From assembly GCA_963811105.1 (NCBI GenBank), contig CAWEPZ010000003.1, forward strand, positions 32,001 through 96,000: a stretch of DNA of 64,000 nt. The letters are read 5' to 3'. The stretch comes from Candidatus Bathyarchaeota archaeon (lineage in GTDB: Archaea > Thermoproteota > Bathyarchaeia > Bathyarchaeales > Bathycorpusculaceae). Below the pieces are notes generated by a model. It searched no databases and was not told the origin of the DNA. It worked only from the letters and a program-made list of their open reading frames with translations. Below, one piece after another: positions 27,206 through 37,755 of this stretch. The stretch's first letter is position 1. Every line of letters begins with the position of its first letter. A program made the translations under genes and the position numbers.

Positions 27206-28219
27206 CTATTTTTTGAAAGAACTGAAATCCTTGCTGTAGTAAATCTGTGTTTCGCTAATAATTGCTGACACATATTTTAGAGGCGTAATGTCGAAAGCTG
27301 GATTCATAACTCTGACGCCATCCGGGGCGATTTGAACAGAAGCGATATGCGTAACTTCTTCAGGGTTGCGTTCCTCAATAATAACATCCGACGCTTTATG
27401 TTGGAGGTCGAAGGTGGATTTTGGTGCTGCAACATAGAACGGTATGCCATGCTCATGCGCCAGCACAGCCACGGAGAATGTGCCAATTTTGTTAACTATG
27501 GCGTCTTGGACAATGCGGTCGGCGCCCACGATAACTTTGTTGACGAGGCCTCGATGCATTATCCAACCTGCCATATTATCCGTTATCAACGTTACAGGAA
27601 TTCCGTCCCGCATAAGCTCATAAGCTGTAAGCCTAGCTCCCTGCAGGAGCGGTCGGGTTTCGTCGGCGATAACTTTTATTTCTTTGCCTTGCTTCCAAGC
27701 CGCACGGATAACGCCTAAAGCCGTACCGTATTCTACAGTGGCCAGTTCACCCGCGTTACAATGCGTCAAAATTGTATCGCCGTCTTTGATGAGCATCGAA
27801 CCGTTCTCGCCGATTGCGCGATTCTGCTTTGCGTCTTCATTCGCAATTTTCTGAGCTTCACGAATAACTGCCGCTTTGACTTGTTCAATGTTACCTTGAA
27901 CATTTCGAGCCTTATTTAGAACGCGATCAACGCCCCAGAAAAGATTCACAGCTGTTGGTCGCTGATGCTTGATTGTGGCACCTGCATCCTCCAGCTCAGA
28001 TAACATTTTCTCTTTGGTTTTTGCTTTTGAATGATACGCTGCCAGTGCAACGCCGAATCCTGCGGCTGCGCCCAGTAGTGGAGCGCCTCTTACGCGGAGG
28101 GTTTTTATGGCTTCAGCCATCTGCTCCACTGTTTTAATTTCTAAGGTAACTTCTTGCAGGGGCAGTTTGGTTTGGTCTGGTGTTACAACTACCCCGTTTT
28201 TCCACAAGATCATTCGCAT
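27206..28219 (-). CDS. mtnA: S-methyl-5-thioribose-1-phosphate isomerase
   Basis: VRGAP, RPTAVNL, THCNAG.LAT, ETRP.LQGARLT, GADR, NKIGT, NPAFD.TP. Confidence 0.92.
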   Translation of the reverse strand: MRMILWKNGVVVTPDQTKLPLQEVTLEIKTVEQMAEAIKTLRVRGAPLLGAAAGFGVALAAYHSKAKTKEKMLSELEDAGATIKHQRPTAVNLFWGVDRVLNKARNVQGNIEQVKAAVIREAQKIANEDAKQNRAIGENGSMLIKDGDTILTHCNAGELATVEYGTALGVIRAAWKQGKEIKVIADETRPLLQGARLTAYELMRDGIPVTLITDNMAGWIMHRGLVNKVIVGADRIVQDAIVNKIGTFSVAVLAHEHGIPFYVAAPKSTFDLQHKASDVIIEERNPEEVTHIASVQIAPDGVRVMNPAFDITPLKYVSAIISETQIYYSKDFSSFKK

Positions 28220-28291
28220 AGTTAGGTGCCCTCAAACGAGTTGTTAATGTTTAGTTAACGATGGCTGTGTTAAAACTTTCGATAACCTTAC

Positions 28292-28675
28292 CTAAAATCG
28301 CTGGACTAAATCAAAGAGGTTGCCGTAAAGGTCCTCAAAAACAACTTCAATGCCCCATACTTGCTCTTTTGGCTCGCCATAGAATTTTACGCCTTTCGCC
28401 TTCATTTCTTGGTAGTCTCTGCGGCAGTCATCCGTTTGCAAGGTTAGAAACACATGGTCTCCCGCTTGCTCACCCAACGCTTTTTGTTTATCTTCCGTAT
28501 CTGCTAAGACAAAAGTTAACTCTAACTCAGGTTGGTCTTTGGGCGAAACAGTAACCCACCGCATATCTTCCCAAACGATTTTGTCTTGTCTCTTTTGGAA
28601 ACTAAGTTTTTCAACGTAAAATTTTATCGCTTCATCAAAATCCTTGACCAACAGTGTTATGTGCCTTATCTTCAT
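28292..28675 (-). CDS. VOC/glyoxalase family protein
   Basis: HITLLV.D.D.A..FY, GVKF...P....WG....FED.YGN. Confidence 0.9.
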   Translation of the reverse strand: MKIRHITLLVKDFDEAIKFYVEKLSFQKRQDKIVWEDMRWVTVSPKDQPELELTFVLADTEDKQKALGEQAGDHVFLTLQTDDCRRDYQEMKAKGVKFYGEPKEQVWGIEVVFEDLYGNLFDLVQRF

Positions 28676-28724
28676 CTCAGATTACTCCAAAAATAGATAA
28701 TAAAAATAATGGGAAATCCGTTTC

Positions 28725-29477
28725 TTAGGCTGAAGTGTCGAAGGGTGATTTCAGGGAAGTCACAACTTCAACTGGTGAGTCTTCACCCGACTTTAGCCGT
28801 TTCTTCCATTCTTCTCCAACGGCGATAAGTGAAAAGATTCCTGAAACTTCAGCTTTTGACTTCTTCACAAGAGTTACAAGTGCTTCTTGTGTTTCTCCGC
28901 TTTTAATCATGTCATCTACAATTAGTACGCTATCGCGTTTTTTGATGGCTTCTTTGGGAATATAGAGTGTTACAGTTACGCCTGAGTCTCTGCCTAGAAT
29001 GTATGTTTCATCAATGAATGCTTTAACTCCGACTTCTTTGTTGCGTTTTGCCACGATAAGGTTCACGCCTAATGCGTTGGCAACCATGGTGGCTAATGGA
29101 ACGCCGTCAACGGCTGCTGTTAAGACTTTTGTTACTCGTTTTCCAGCAAAATTTGCTAGGGCATAGTTGGCTGCTTGCTGAAGAATATTGTAGTCTCCAA
29201 CGATTTCGGTATTGTCGAAATAGCCAGTGTCATCAAACTTTATTCTGCTGCGTAATTCTGCTTCTAAACCAACCATCTTCGTGAGAACTCGCCAGAGTTG
29301 TTTGGCTCTTGCAGTATTTGGTAAAACGTGACCTTTTGCATAACGGCTTAAAACGGTGACTGGTAAGCCTGTTTTTGATGCCAATTCACGGTAAGTGATG
29401 TTTCGTTTGTATTTGGCTGTACGTAGCAATTCTATGGTCATTAAGCGAAGTTTCAAATCTTCTGCGTGAGTGCTCAA
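28725..29477 (-). CDS. HTH plus type I phosphoribosyltransferase (purine PRT/regulator)
   Basis: TYRELAS.TGLP.TVLSRY..GHVLP HTH; VLIVDDMIKSGET PRPP motif. Confidence 0.88.
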   Translation of the reverse strand: MSTHAEDLKLRLMTIELLRTAKYKRNITYRELASKTGLPVTVLSRYAKGHVLPNTARAKQLWRVLTKMVGLEAELRSRIKFDDTGYFDNTEIVGDYNILQQAANYALANFAGKRVTKVLTAAVDGVPLATMVANALGVNLIVAKRNKEVGVKAFIDETYILGRDSGVTVTLYIPKEAIKKRDSVLIVDDMIKSGETQEALVTLVKKSKAEVSGIFSLIAVGEEWKKRLKSGEDSPVEVVTSLKSPFDTSA

Positions 29478-29661
29478 ATTCTTTTCTCCTTTTATTTACA
29501 TTTATAAGTTAAATATTGAATATTTAACAATTGTTGTAGCTTGCCAATTTATAACTTTCTGTTTAAAATAACCCCAGCGTATCTAACGTGTATACAGAAC
29601 CAGAAAATGCTCTTCTTGTCTTTTGAACATTAAACTTTTTAAATAGTGAGTGAAGTGCTAT

Positions 29662-30229
29662 ATGAAAAGGGGGTTATGTAACGCAGAGACTTAACAGATT
29701 ATTCATAACTGCGCTTTTCGGCTCAATCATCTTTGTTGTCAATGCTTTTCTTCCACCCCCAATAAACTATATACTAATCGTAGTTCAAGCAGTTCTGTTA
29801 TCCCTCAGCGGGTTGTTCGTTAAAAAATTCGGCGCAACCTATGTCGGAGCCGTTGGGGGGCTGTTAACCGCTCTGGGTAGCCCCGCTTTAGGTCCATTCA
29901 CGTTTATGTTCGCTTTCCTCTTCGGCCTTTTAGTTGATTGCTTCTTGTTTATTTTCAGAATCAACGCTACTTCGGAAGGCGTAAGTCGCAACAGGCTAAT
30001 GGCTGCTATGGCGTTTAGCACGATGTTGATCGGAATAATTAGTTACTCAGCTTTTGCTGTTTTTCCCCAGTTTGTTTCTCTTGCCCAATTTTCAGGTGTT
30101 GGCTTGTTTATTCAAAGAAGTACGATGCTTGATGCCCTTGTATTGTTCATGGGTCCAGCAACTGGCATAGTTTCTGGTTATGCTGCGTCGTACTTGTGGA
30201 ATAAGTACCTAAGGCATTTCCATATCTAG
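29662..30229 (+). CDS. Membrane protein (ECF S-component-like); true 5' end upstream of 29813
   Basis: Frame open from 29666 with extra TM helices (LFITALFGSIIFVV...); ATG 29662 is offset by 1 nt. Confidence 0.55.
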
Positions 30230-30495
30230 AGTGACAGCTGCTTAATTTTTTCGTCAACAAGCTTAGCAATCATTAAATTAGAAATAAACACGCATTTAAC
30301 ACCCAGCAACTCAGCCAGTTCAGCTGGCTTCTGATCTTGAGTTACAAGAATCAAACAATGCTTACCGGCGTATTCTACGATGTCTCGGTCTTTGGCGCTT
30401 TTTAGCCCTGCTTCTTGCGCAGTTAGTACTTGGTAACCTAGGGTTTCAAAATACTCTTTTAGGCCTGCATACATTTCATCAAGTAAGATTTTCAT
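30226..30495 (-). CDS. DUF5615 / Mut7-C-like PIN domain protein
   Basis: MKILLDEM...L...G.....D.DI..YA....LILVTQD. Confidence 0.8.
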   Translation of the reverse strand: MKILLDEMYAGLKEYFETLGYQVLTAQEAGLKSAKDRDIVEYAGKHCLILVTQDQKPAELAELLGVKCVFISNLMIAKLVDEKIKQLSL

Positions 30496-30738
30496 ACTAT
30501 ATCGATGTTTATTTTGCTGTCCAAATTAATTAGATTTTGTCCTTTAATGATGACTGTTATCTTAGGGAAGCTTGCAAACGCACTAATATTGTTGAAAAAT
30601 TGTAAAATTACTATCTCATTTTTCTTAATGAAGAGTTAGCGGTTAACCGTTGATGGGCTGGTTGGCGTTTTTACAATCTAGCAAGCACAAGGATAATATA
30701 GATATTCATTAGATCTTGTTTGCACTGGTGCCGTTGCC

Positions 30739-31893
30739 GTGAAAAGCAAAATCAGCAGCATTGGGTACGTTAACAAAATCCAAGAAAACATTTTAGCTAT
30801 TAAACGCCGAGAGCTCTCACCACTATTTGACGATTTAAAAGCAGCAGACTGCGTAATCTGCGGAGGATCAGGCCGTTCACTTTACTCAATGAACGCCGCT
30901 TTGAGCCAAATTGCGCTCAGCCAAGAGGGTTGGCGAAACAAGGTTGTTTTGACTCCTGATGACCCTGGGTTTCCGGGAAAAAGCATGTATGATGCAGCCG
31001 CTGACCTTGCTAGACGTTACAAAAAGACTTTGCTTCTAATTAATTCAGGCAGCGGATATTCAGATGACCCGTTGGTTATGTCCCAAGATTTAGCCAAGTA
31101 TATTGAGGAGAAGAAATCTAACAGGTTTTCTATGGGGCTTTTCACATCCACATTTGAGTCCCCGCTTGCAGAGGTTGTTAAGAAATATGGCCATATTGTT
31201 GAGCTTAAGGGACGCGGCAAACTAAAGCCAGTTACTGAATATAGCGAAACAGGTATGATGGGCGATATTTTTGAGCTTGGAACTTTAGAATTAATGAACA
31301 GCATGGTTGAAGCGGTGTTTCGGAATCTTGAAGTTGACGATGTCTTCCGTTTATGCGTGGAAGAATTTGAGAAAATCGGCGAAGTAATCGATAGTAACGT
31401 TAATTCTGAAACTTACACGGCTCTAGTGGATTTGCTGGAAAAGCGAACAAACGTTTTTCTTGGTGGAAAAGGCACCGCTAACGAAATTGCCAAAATGACA
31501 GGCGTAAGACTCTTCCACATTAAAAGTTTCCTCGGCGACAACGTATACATAACCCGTGGCGTGAATACCCCGCATCCAAGAGCTGGCGACCTAGAAATCT
31601 TGCTTTCATATTCAGGAGAGACAAGGCCTGTCATAATTTGGGCTGACGTCATCAAAAAATTCGCTGGCACGGTATTTGCCATTACAAGCAACGCAGAGTC
31701 CACCCTTGCAAAGAAAGCCGACCTAAAAATTATCTTGCCGGAAGAAGCAAAACCGCTCACACCAAGACGGTTCTACACCAGAGCAGCCTATGTGTTAAGC
31801 CCATTGCCGGTTAAGTTGGCGGAGAGGCTTGGGCAAAGAGGTTTGAACCTTCCTGAATACATCATTAGCTGGTACCACTCCGTTACACAATAA
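30739..31893 (+). CDS. Tandem SIS-domain sugar-phosphate isomerase-like protein (HxlB/PHI-related)
   Basis: GGSGRS...LLLINSGSG...MGDIFE in domain 1; GGKGTA...RL.H...LLSYSGET..AITS..ES.LA..AD in domain 2. Confidence 0.7.
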   Translation: MKSKISSIGYVNKIQENILAIKRRELSPLFDDLKAADCVICGGSGRSLYSMNAALSQIALSQEGWRNKVVLTPDDPGFPGKSMYDAAADLARRYKKTLLLINSGSGYSDDPLVMSQDLAKYIEEKKSNRFSMGLFTSTFESPLAEVVKKYGHIVELKGRGKLKPVTEYSETGMMGDIFELGTLELMNSMVEAVFRNLEVDDVFRLCVEEFEKIGEVIDSNVNSETYTALVDLLEKRTNVFLGGKGTANEIAKMTGVRLFHIKSFLGDNVYITRGVNTPHPRAGDLEILLSYSGETRPVIIWADVIKKFAGTVFAITSNAESTLAKKADLKIILPEEAKPLTPRRFYTRAAYVLSPLPVKLAERLGQRGLNLPEYIISWYHSVTQ

Positions 31894-32005
31894 ATAACCT
31901 GCATTGCGAAAGTAGACCATTTCATACCCTACTTTTGTTTAAACTATTCTTTAAGCCAATACTGTAGGCTAAAGTTTCTTGCTGAATTTGGGCACCAATG
32001 TAGAG

Positions 32006-33427
32006 CTACTCTGGGTTTAGCCAGAACGGTTTCCCTGATAGAAAATCAGTTAAAAATTTGGCAAAATCGTCGTTTTCCGCGTACACTTTTGTAATTTGAC
32101 CGTTTACCAACACCTTGAGGTTCTTTTGAATTGATTTTGCAATTAGTTCGGCGACGCCTGCGTTTTTTCCTCCATTCATAAGCATATCTGTGAGTAGCGA
32201 AGCAGCATTTGTTGTTTTGCGTGGCACCTCAACTGTCCATCGCCCGTCCTCAATGAAAGGTCCACAAATAACTCCGGGGTTGGCGTCGTATTTTGCAAGG
32301 AAGTTTTCACATTCGGCCTCGCGTTCGAGAGGTGGGCCAAGGTGTTTTTTGATTTTTGGCAAAAGCTGAGATTCCAGCTCAAGTACGTAGATGCTTCGAT
32401 TTTTTTCGTTACTCCAAACTGCTTCTTTTAGGATTTTGAAATCGCTAAGCTCCAATAGTTTGTGGAGTGAGCGTTTGGTTTTATAGAGTTGCCCCCATAA
32501 AACGTCTGGAACTGCCTCAATCTGGTCAATAACAAGAAATATAATGGATGAGCCTCGACTTTCCACTTGAGTTTTCAACTTTTCAGCTGGAAGAGCCTGA
32601 GTTTTTGGCGGATAAAAGAACGTTTCCGTTGACTGTTTACGAAATGCTCTGGCAGCGCTCACAAATTCGTAAAGTTTCTGGGATTGCACCGCTGAAGCCA
32701 CATTCCTGCCTTTATCTACAGGGTCAACAATTATCAGTGGCTCAGAGAAAAGTAGTGTGAGCTCGTTTTGCCTTTGGGCATAATATTTTTCAATGTCGAT
32801 TATAATGCGTTTATTATAATTTGCAAAGGCTTGTATTGTGTTATTGAACGAGCTGTAATTTATGATTAGCAATTCGCAGAGGTAGCCGCTGAAACCTCCC
32901 ACTTTGATTTCTGCGCCGTAAACGCCTATACCCTGCATGAACGCTTTTAGAAGCCGAACTTCTCCACGCAAACCTGAGCTGAGGTTTCTGTTGATATAGT
33001 CAGTGTGGTATGGAGTTCGGTCGGTTGCGCTTTGCCACTCTCCAGGCTTAGTATCATAACAAGGCACAATGTCAGCATGGTAGCCCTCAGCGACAATTTC
33101 AAGATATGGGTGCTCAGCGAACCGTTCAAGCTGCAAATAGCCTTCAGCGGCTTTTTTTGCAATTTTTAAGGCTACTTCGCCTAAGTTTTTTCGTGGAATT
33201 GATGTTGGTAACCGCATGAAAACGTCGATGTCTGGGTTTTCGCTTAGCCACGTGTCTTTGGCAACTGAGCCTTCAACACGCACAACCGCTGAAACGCCCT
33301 CTTTCTTGCAGGCAGAAGCTACTTTCTGTTCAAGCGAACGGGTTATCGCTTCGACTTTTGCTCGGTCCTCTTGGCTAGGTGTAATTTTCTTTAGAACCCG
33401 TTCAGTTAAGTCTTCAGCTTGCACCAT
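32006..33427 (-). CDS. cca: CCA-adding enzyme (archaeal class I)
   Basis: GSVAKDTWL...DIDVF, AEHPY, DIVPCY, DRTPYH, GFSGYLCELL, DPVD..RNVA. Confidence 0.95.
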   Translation of the reverse strand: MVQAEDLTERVLKKITPSQEDRAKVEAITRSLEQKVASACKKEGVSAVVRVEGSVAKDTWLSENPDIDVFMRLPTSIPRKNLGEVALKIAKKAAEGYLQLERFAEHPYLEIVAEGYHADIVPCYDTKPGEWQSATDRTPYHTDYINRNLSSGLRGEVRLLKAFMQGIGVYGAEIKVGGFSGYLCELLIINYSSFNNTIQAFANYNKRIIIDIEKYYAQRQNELTLLFSEPLIIVDPVDKGRNVASAVQSQKLYEFVSAARAFRKQSTETFFYPPKTQALPAEKLKTQVESRGSSIIFLVIDQIEAVPDVLWGQLYKTKRSLHKLLELSDFKILKEAVWSNEKNRSIYVLELESQLLPKIKKHLGPPLEREAECENFLAKYDANPGVICGPFIEDGRWTVEVPRKTTNAASLLTDMLMNGGKNAGVAELIAKSIQKNLKVLVNGQITKVYAENDDFAKFLTDFLSGKPFWLNPE

Positions 33428-33433
33428 AGCGTA

Positions 33434-34012
33434 TCATTTTTGTTCCTGCACAGGGCAAACTTCTCGTAGCGTTGAGTAGGTAGGACCTTTCGGTGAAAGC
33501 TGGCTTCTTTTAAGTCGCAGACAATCTGCTTTGATTGTACCAAACTCGTAATCCGTTTTTTTAGTGACAAATTCTGCAAGATTCTGCTTGTTTGCGCCAG
33601 ATTTTACTCGTGCAATGGTTAAATGTGGACTAAACCCGTATTGATCAGGTGCAAAGCCTATCGAACGTATCTGAGGTTCCAGCTGGCTAAAAATGCTTTT
33701 AAGCTGTTCAGCGCCCTCTGTTATTGCTGCCCAAACAACCCTAGGATAATTTAGGCTGGGAAAAACTCCTAAGCCCTTGATTAGTATAGTGAAAGGGATA
33801 AACTTTACTTTCTTCATGGCTTCATGCAGTTTGTCTACCATGGCTGGACTTATATTGCCAAGGAAACGGATGGTTACGTGAATGTTTTGGGTTGCTACGG
33901 GTCTTAGGTCGGCGCCTGTTTCAACTAGAAGCTTCTGTACAAACGCCAGCTTGTTTAGAACCTGCTCACTTTCCAAGTCAAACGCGATGAAGCTTCTAAT
34001 TCTTTCAGACAA
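33434..34012 (-). CDS. thpR: RNA 2',3'-cyclic phosphodiesterase
   Basis: Two HxT motifs (HVTIRFLG, PHLTIAR), PRVVW, GPTY. Confidence 0.92.
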   Translation of the reverse strand: MSERIRSFIAFDLESEQVLNKLAFVQKLLVETGADLRPVATQNIHVTIRFLGNISPAMVDKLHEAMKKVKFIPFTILIKGLGVFPSLNYPRVVWAAITEGAEQLKSIFSQLEPQIRSIGFAPDQYGFSPHLTIARVKSGANKQNLAEFVTKKTDYEFGTIKADCLRLKRSQLSPKGPTYSTLREVCPVQEQK

Positions 34013-34166
34013 AGCTTTTGCCTCTTCAAACTATTTTTAACATACAACACGCATAAATGCTTTTAAAAGAAATTGTCGTCAAGAAACTTTTTGCTGCTAG
34101 AACCAGAGTTGCCTACGGATACTTTTTAATTCAAGTTGCAGATATAGAAGCAAAAAAGGGTATGCT

Positions 34167-34733
34167 ATGAACGCTGATAAACTGCTGGTTGGATTGGCTG
34201 GGATGCCTGGGTCAGGCAAATCCTTGGTTGTTGACACCGCGCGTGAATTAGGGTACGCCGTCGTGGCTATGGGTGATGTAATTAGAGAAGAAACAGGCAA
34301 ACGCGGCTTAGAATTGACGCCGAATAATGTGGGAAAAGTTATGTTGGAACTACGATTTGAAGGTGGAAACTCCGTGGTTGCCCAGAAATGCATTCCCAAA
34401 ATAGAAGCAAAAGCAGGCAGCAAAGTTCTCGTTGACGGATTGCGCAGCCTTTATGAAGTGGATACTTTTAAGGCTTATTTTGCCAAGTTCAGCCTTATGG
34501 CTGTGCACGCTTCCCCTGAAGCAAGGTTCACCCGTCTCTCTAACAGACGTCGAAGTGATGACTCATCTGGTTGGGCGCTTTTTCATGAGCGAGATATGCG
34601 GGAGCTCAGCGTTGGTTTAGGTAACGTTATTGCCCTATCTGAGCAGATGATAGTAAACGATAATAGTTTTGAAATGGTTAAAGCAAAAACTAAGGAAAAT
34701 CTAAAGAGGATTGAGGAGAAATGGCTGAAGTAA
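34167..34733 (+). CDS. P-loop kinase (dephospho-CoA kinase-like, UPF0200)
   Basis: GMPGSGKS, MGDVIREE, DGLRS, R..R.RSDD, RD.REL..G. Confidence 0.85.
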   Translation: MNADKLLVGLAGMPGSGKSLVVDTARELGYAVVAMGDVIREETGKRGLELTPNNVGKVMLELRFEGGNSVVAQKCIPKIEAKAGSKVLVDGLRSLYEVDTFKAYFAKFSLMAVHASPEARFTRLSNRRRSDDSSGWALFHERDMRELSVGLGNVIALSEQMIVNDNSFEMVKAKTKENLKRIEEKWLK

Positions 34734-35134
34734 CTATTCATGTTGAAGCTGAAGTCAACCCGACTGAAAGCGAAGAAAAGATCAAGGCAGCTATTAACAA
34801 CATTTTAGGCAATGCAATGATTACAATTGAGCCCGGAGAAAAATCCAGCCTCTTAACCGGGGAAGCTAAAGGCCAAGATTCACTCATAAAGCTACGCAAC
34901 ATGCTGCGTAGCGACCGAATTAGGGATGCCGCGAGAAAAGCGCTTTTTCGCAGTACAAAAGGAGAAAACATCGTTTTTTGTTTGAATCGACAAGTTGCAT
35001 TTGCAGGGCACGTTAGCTTTTCTGAAGAAACCGGGGAATCTCCTCTGGGTACTATACGAGTCACAATTACAAGCGATAATCCGAGCCAGCTTATTGAGTG
35101 GCTGGCAGAGAAATCCCGCAGAGAAGAAGGCTAA
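34721..35134 (+). CDS. UPF0201/DUF54 RNA-binding protein
   Basis: V.PTES..K...AI.N, RIRDAAR, LNRQVAF.G, PLG.I. Confidence 0.85.
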   Translation: MAEVTIHVEAEVNPTESEEKIKAAINNILGNAMITIEPGEKSSLLTGEAKGQDSLIKLRNMLRSDRIRDAARKALFRSTKGENIVFCLNRQVAFAGHVSFSEETGESPLGTIRVTITSDNPSQLIEWLAEKSRREEG

Positions 35135-35137
35135 GGG

Positions 35138-36157
35138 TTGTCTGCTAGGGCTCAAGTGACTAAAAACGGCGCAGTTCTGCTAGGCGATAGCGTAGCCTGC
35201 GACGCCTTTGATGCCCAGCGCCCTTTGCGGATTGTAACTCATGCGCACGCTGACCACCTTGGCGGGTTACGAAAAAGCCTCAGTTGCTGTGAGAAAGTTT
35301 TGATGACTAAAGCCACTCGAGACCTTGCCCAGACACTTAATGAATCTCTTAAACTTAGGGATGCGGCAATACATACTTTAGAGTACGGCAAAACCTTTAG
35401 GTTCGGCGACGAAAAAATCACGTTTACGAAAGCTGACCACATCTTAGGAGCAGCGCAGGTGCTAGTTGTAGATGCAGGCGGAATACGGATTTCTTATACC
35501 GGCGATTTCCGCATTGACAAAACACCTGTCGTTGAAAGTGACGTGTTGGTTGTTGAAGCCACCTATGGCAGCCCATCATGTAGACGCAACTTTGAGGTAG
35601 ATGTGCCGGAACTCTTGGTTTCCATGATTGAAAAACGCCTGCGAGGAGGCGCTGTCTACGTTTTCGGTTACTACGGCAAACTCCAAGAAGTAATGCAGCT
35701 TCTTCGGGAAGCAGATGTGGAGGTGCCTTTCGTCATGCCGGAGCGCATGTATAATGTAACGAAAGTTTGTGAGAAACATGGCATGAAGCTGGGCTGCACA
35801 ACACTCTCTACTGAAGCTGATGGACATGAACTTTTAGATGGCAATCTTCCATGCGTGGCTTTCTACCACATGAACGCCCGAGAGCTTGTAGGCATAAAAA
35901 ACGCCCGCATTACCGTGAGCGGCTGGGAATTCAACACACCCTGCAGACAAATCGGTGACCGCGAATACATAGTTGCCCTAAGTGACCACTCGGACTTTGA
36001 CGGTTTGATCGAATATGTGAAACTTTCAAAAGCAAAACAGGTCATCACAGACAATTACCGAGCAAGCCACGGCGCAGTTTTAGCTAAGGAAATCCGCCGT
36101 CGGCTGGGAATTTCGGCAGTCGTAATGCCCAGAACGCGCGGCCAAACCACACTGTAG
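35138..36157 (+). CDS. Metallo-beta-lactamase fold (beta-CASP-like) nuclease
   Basis: THAHADH, HILGA, YTGDF, EATYG, LSDHSDF. Confidence 0.88.
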   Translation: MSARAQVTKNGAVLLGDSVACDAFDAQRPLRIVTHAHADHLGGLRKSLSCCEKVLMTKATRDLAQTLNESLKLRDAAIHTLEYGKTFRFGDEKITFTKADHILGAAQVLVVDAGGIRISYTGDFRIDKTPVVESDVLVVEATYGSPSCRRNFEVDVPELLVSMIEKRLRGGAVYVFGYYGKLQEVMQLLREADVEVPFVMPERMYNVTKVCEKHGMKLGCTTLSTEADGHELLDGNLPCVAFYHMNARELVGIKNARITVSGWEFNTPCRQIGDREYIVALSDHSDFDGLIEYVKLSKAKQVITDNYRASHGAVLAKEIRRRLGISAVVMPRTRGQTTL

Positions 36158-36245
36158 CATCCAGTGTTTTGGAGTAAGCTTAGTTAAAGCTTAAAAGCGA
36201 AAAACCAAACTAATTTCAACCAACAAACAAAGGAAATGAATTCAA

Positions 36246-37514
36246 TTGAGCAAGTCATCTGTTATTTCAGGCTTCTACAAGCTCTCACCCAAAGAACGGT
36301 TAACAATCATCAAAGATTTTGCAAGTTTGACCGACGAAGAAATCCAATTGCTTCAGAACACCGACTCCTTGCCTATGGATGTGGCCAACCACATGGTTGA
36401 AAACTATGTCGGCGTTTTTCCTGAGCCGTTAGGCATCGCAGTTAACTTCCAAGTTAACGGCAAAGACTACTTGATTCCTATGGCTACAGAAGAGCCAAGC
36501 GTTATTGCAGCAGCAAGTTACGCCGCTAAAATGGTGCGAGACGGCGGAGGGTTCTATACAAGTAGCACTACACCTGTGATGATTGGGCAAATCCAGGTTG
36601 TCGCCTTAAAAGACGCGAAATTTGCCAAGAAACAGGTTTTAGAAGCCAAGGTTGACCTTCTCAAAAAAGCAAATGACCAAGATCCTGTTCTCAACTCTTT
36701 CGGCGGGGGAGCCAAAGACTTGGATGCAAGAATCATCGACACTCGCATGGGGCAAATGCTAATCGTTGAGTTGTATGTTGATTGCCGAGACGCCATGGGC
36801 GCAAACGCCGTTAATACGATGGCTGAAGCAGTCGCACCAGTACTTGAGCAGCTTACCGGCGGACACGTTTACTTGCGCATCATCTCGAACTTGGCTACAA
36901 AACGACTTGTAAAAGCGTGGTGCGTGGTAAACAAAGAATCCCTAGGCGGAGAAGCGGTCGTTGACGGCATCGTTTATGCCTCAGCTTTCGCGGAAGCAGA
37001 CCCTTACCGTGCAGCCACTCATAACAAAGGCGCCATGAACGGCATCATCGCCGTTGTTTTAGCAACAGGCAACGACCACCGCGCAATCGAAGCAGGAGCC
37101 CACGCATACGCAGCTTTAAACGGAAGATACACCTCCATATCAAAATGGGCAAAAAACACAAACGGCGATTTAGAAGGCGTAATTGAGCTGCCTATGGCGG
37201 TTGGTTTAATCGGAGGCGCTGTCAAAACCCACCCCATAGCAAGGATAGCTATGAAAATCCTAAATGTTAAATCGGCCAATGAATTCGGTGAAGTTTTAGC
37301 TGCAGTTGGCTTAGCCCAAAACCTCGGTGCCCTTCGAGCTTTGGTGAATGAGGGTATTCAGCGTGGTCACATGTCTTTGCATGCAAGAAACATCGCGGTT
37401 ACTGCAGGCGCCAAAGACGGCATGGTTGACTTAGTAGCTGAACGCATGGTCAAGGAACGCAAAGTCAGAGTAGACAGGGCTAAAGAAATTCTTGAAGAAT
37501 TAACAAGGAAATAG
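36246..37514 (+). CDS. mvaA: HMG-CoA reductase, class II
   Basis: ENYVG, EEPSVIAA, DAMGAN, ISNL, THNKG..NG, GND.RA.EA, GIQRGHMSLH. Confidence 0.93.
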   Translation: MSKSSVISGFYKLSPKERLTIIKDFASLTDEEIQLLQNTDSLPMDVANHMVENYVGVFPEPLGIAVNFQVNGKDYLIPMATEEPSVIAAASYAAKMVRDGGGFYTSSTTPVMIGQIQVVALKDAKFAKKQVLEAKVDLLKKANDQDPVLNSFGGGAKDLDARIIDTRMGQMLIVELYVDCRDAMGANAVNTMAEAVAPVLEQLTGGHVYLRIISNLATKRLVKAWCVVNKESLGGEAVVDGIVYASAFAEADPYRAATHNKGAMNGIIAVVLATGNDHRAIEAGAHAYAALNGRYTSISKWAKNTNGDLEGVIELPMAVGLIGGAVKTHPIARIAMKILNVKSANEFGEVLAAVGLAQNLGALRALVNEGIQRGHMSLHARNIAVTAGAKDGMVDLVAERMVKERKVRVDRAKEILEELTRK

Positions 37515-37593
37515 TTGTTCTTTTTGCATTTTGAAGATTGTAGAATCATCTTAAAATCTAATAAGCGCATTTAGTAAAACCGAGGAGAGGCAA

Positions 37594-37713
37594 GTGCAAA
37601 CAGAATTCTTTAAACGCAAGAATATTGTCGTCAGGTTTAATGGATATGCTTATTTTGTATCTTTTCGAGAAATGGCTCCGCGCTCTTATACTTATTTATC
37701 TTCAAAAATATAG
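37594..37713 (+). CDS. Putative 39-aa small protein (below the ORF track cutoff)
   Basis: GTG start after GAGGAGAGG; reads MQTEFFKRKNIVVRFNGYAYFVSFREMAPRSYTYLSSKI. Confidence 0.3.
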   Translation: MQTEFFKRKNIVVRFNGYAYFVSFREMAPRSYTYLSSKI

Positions 37714-37755
37714 GAAAACAGCATCTAAATATTTATTTTAAGGATGGATGAATAG

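Noticed and set aside
36246-37514. Class II (bacterial-type) HMG-CoA reductase as a novelty
   Set aside because: Already known in several archaeal lineages such as Archaeoglobus and Thermoplasmatales
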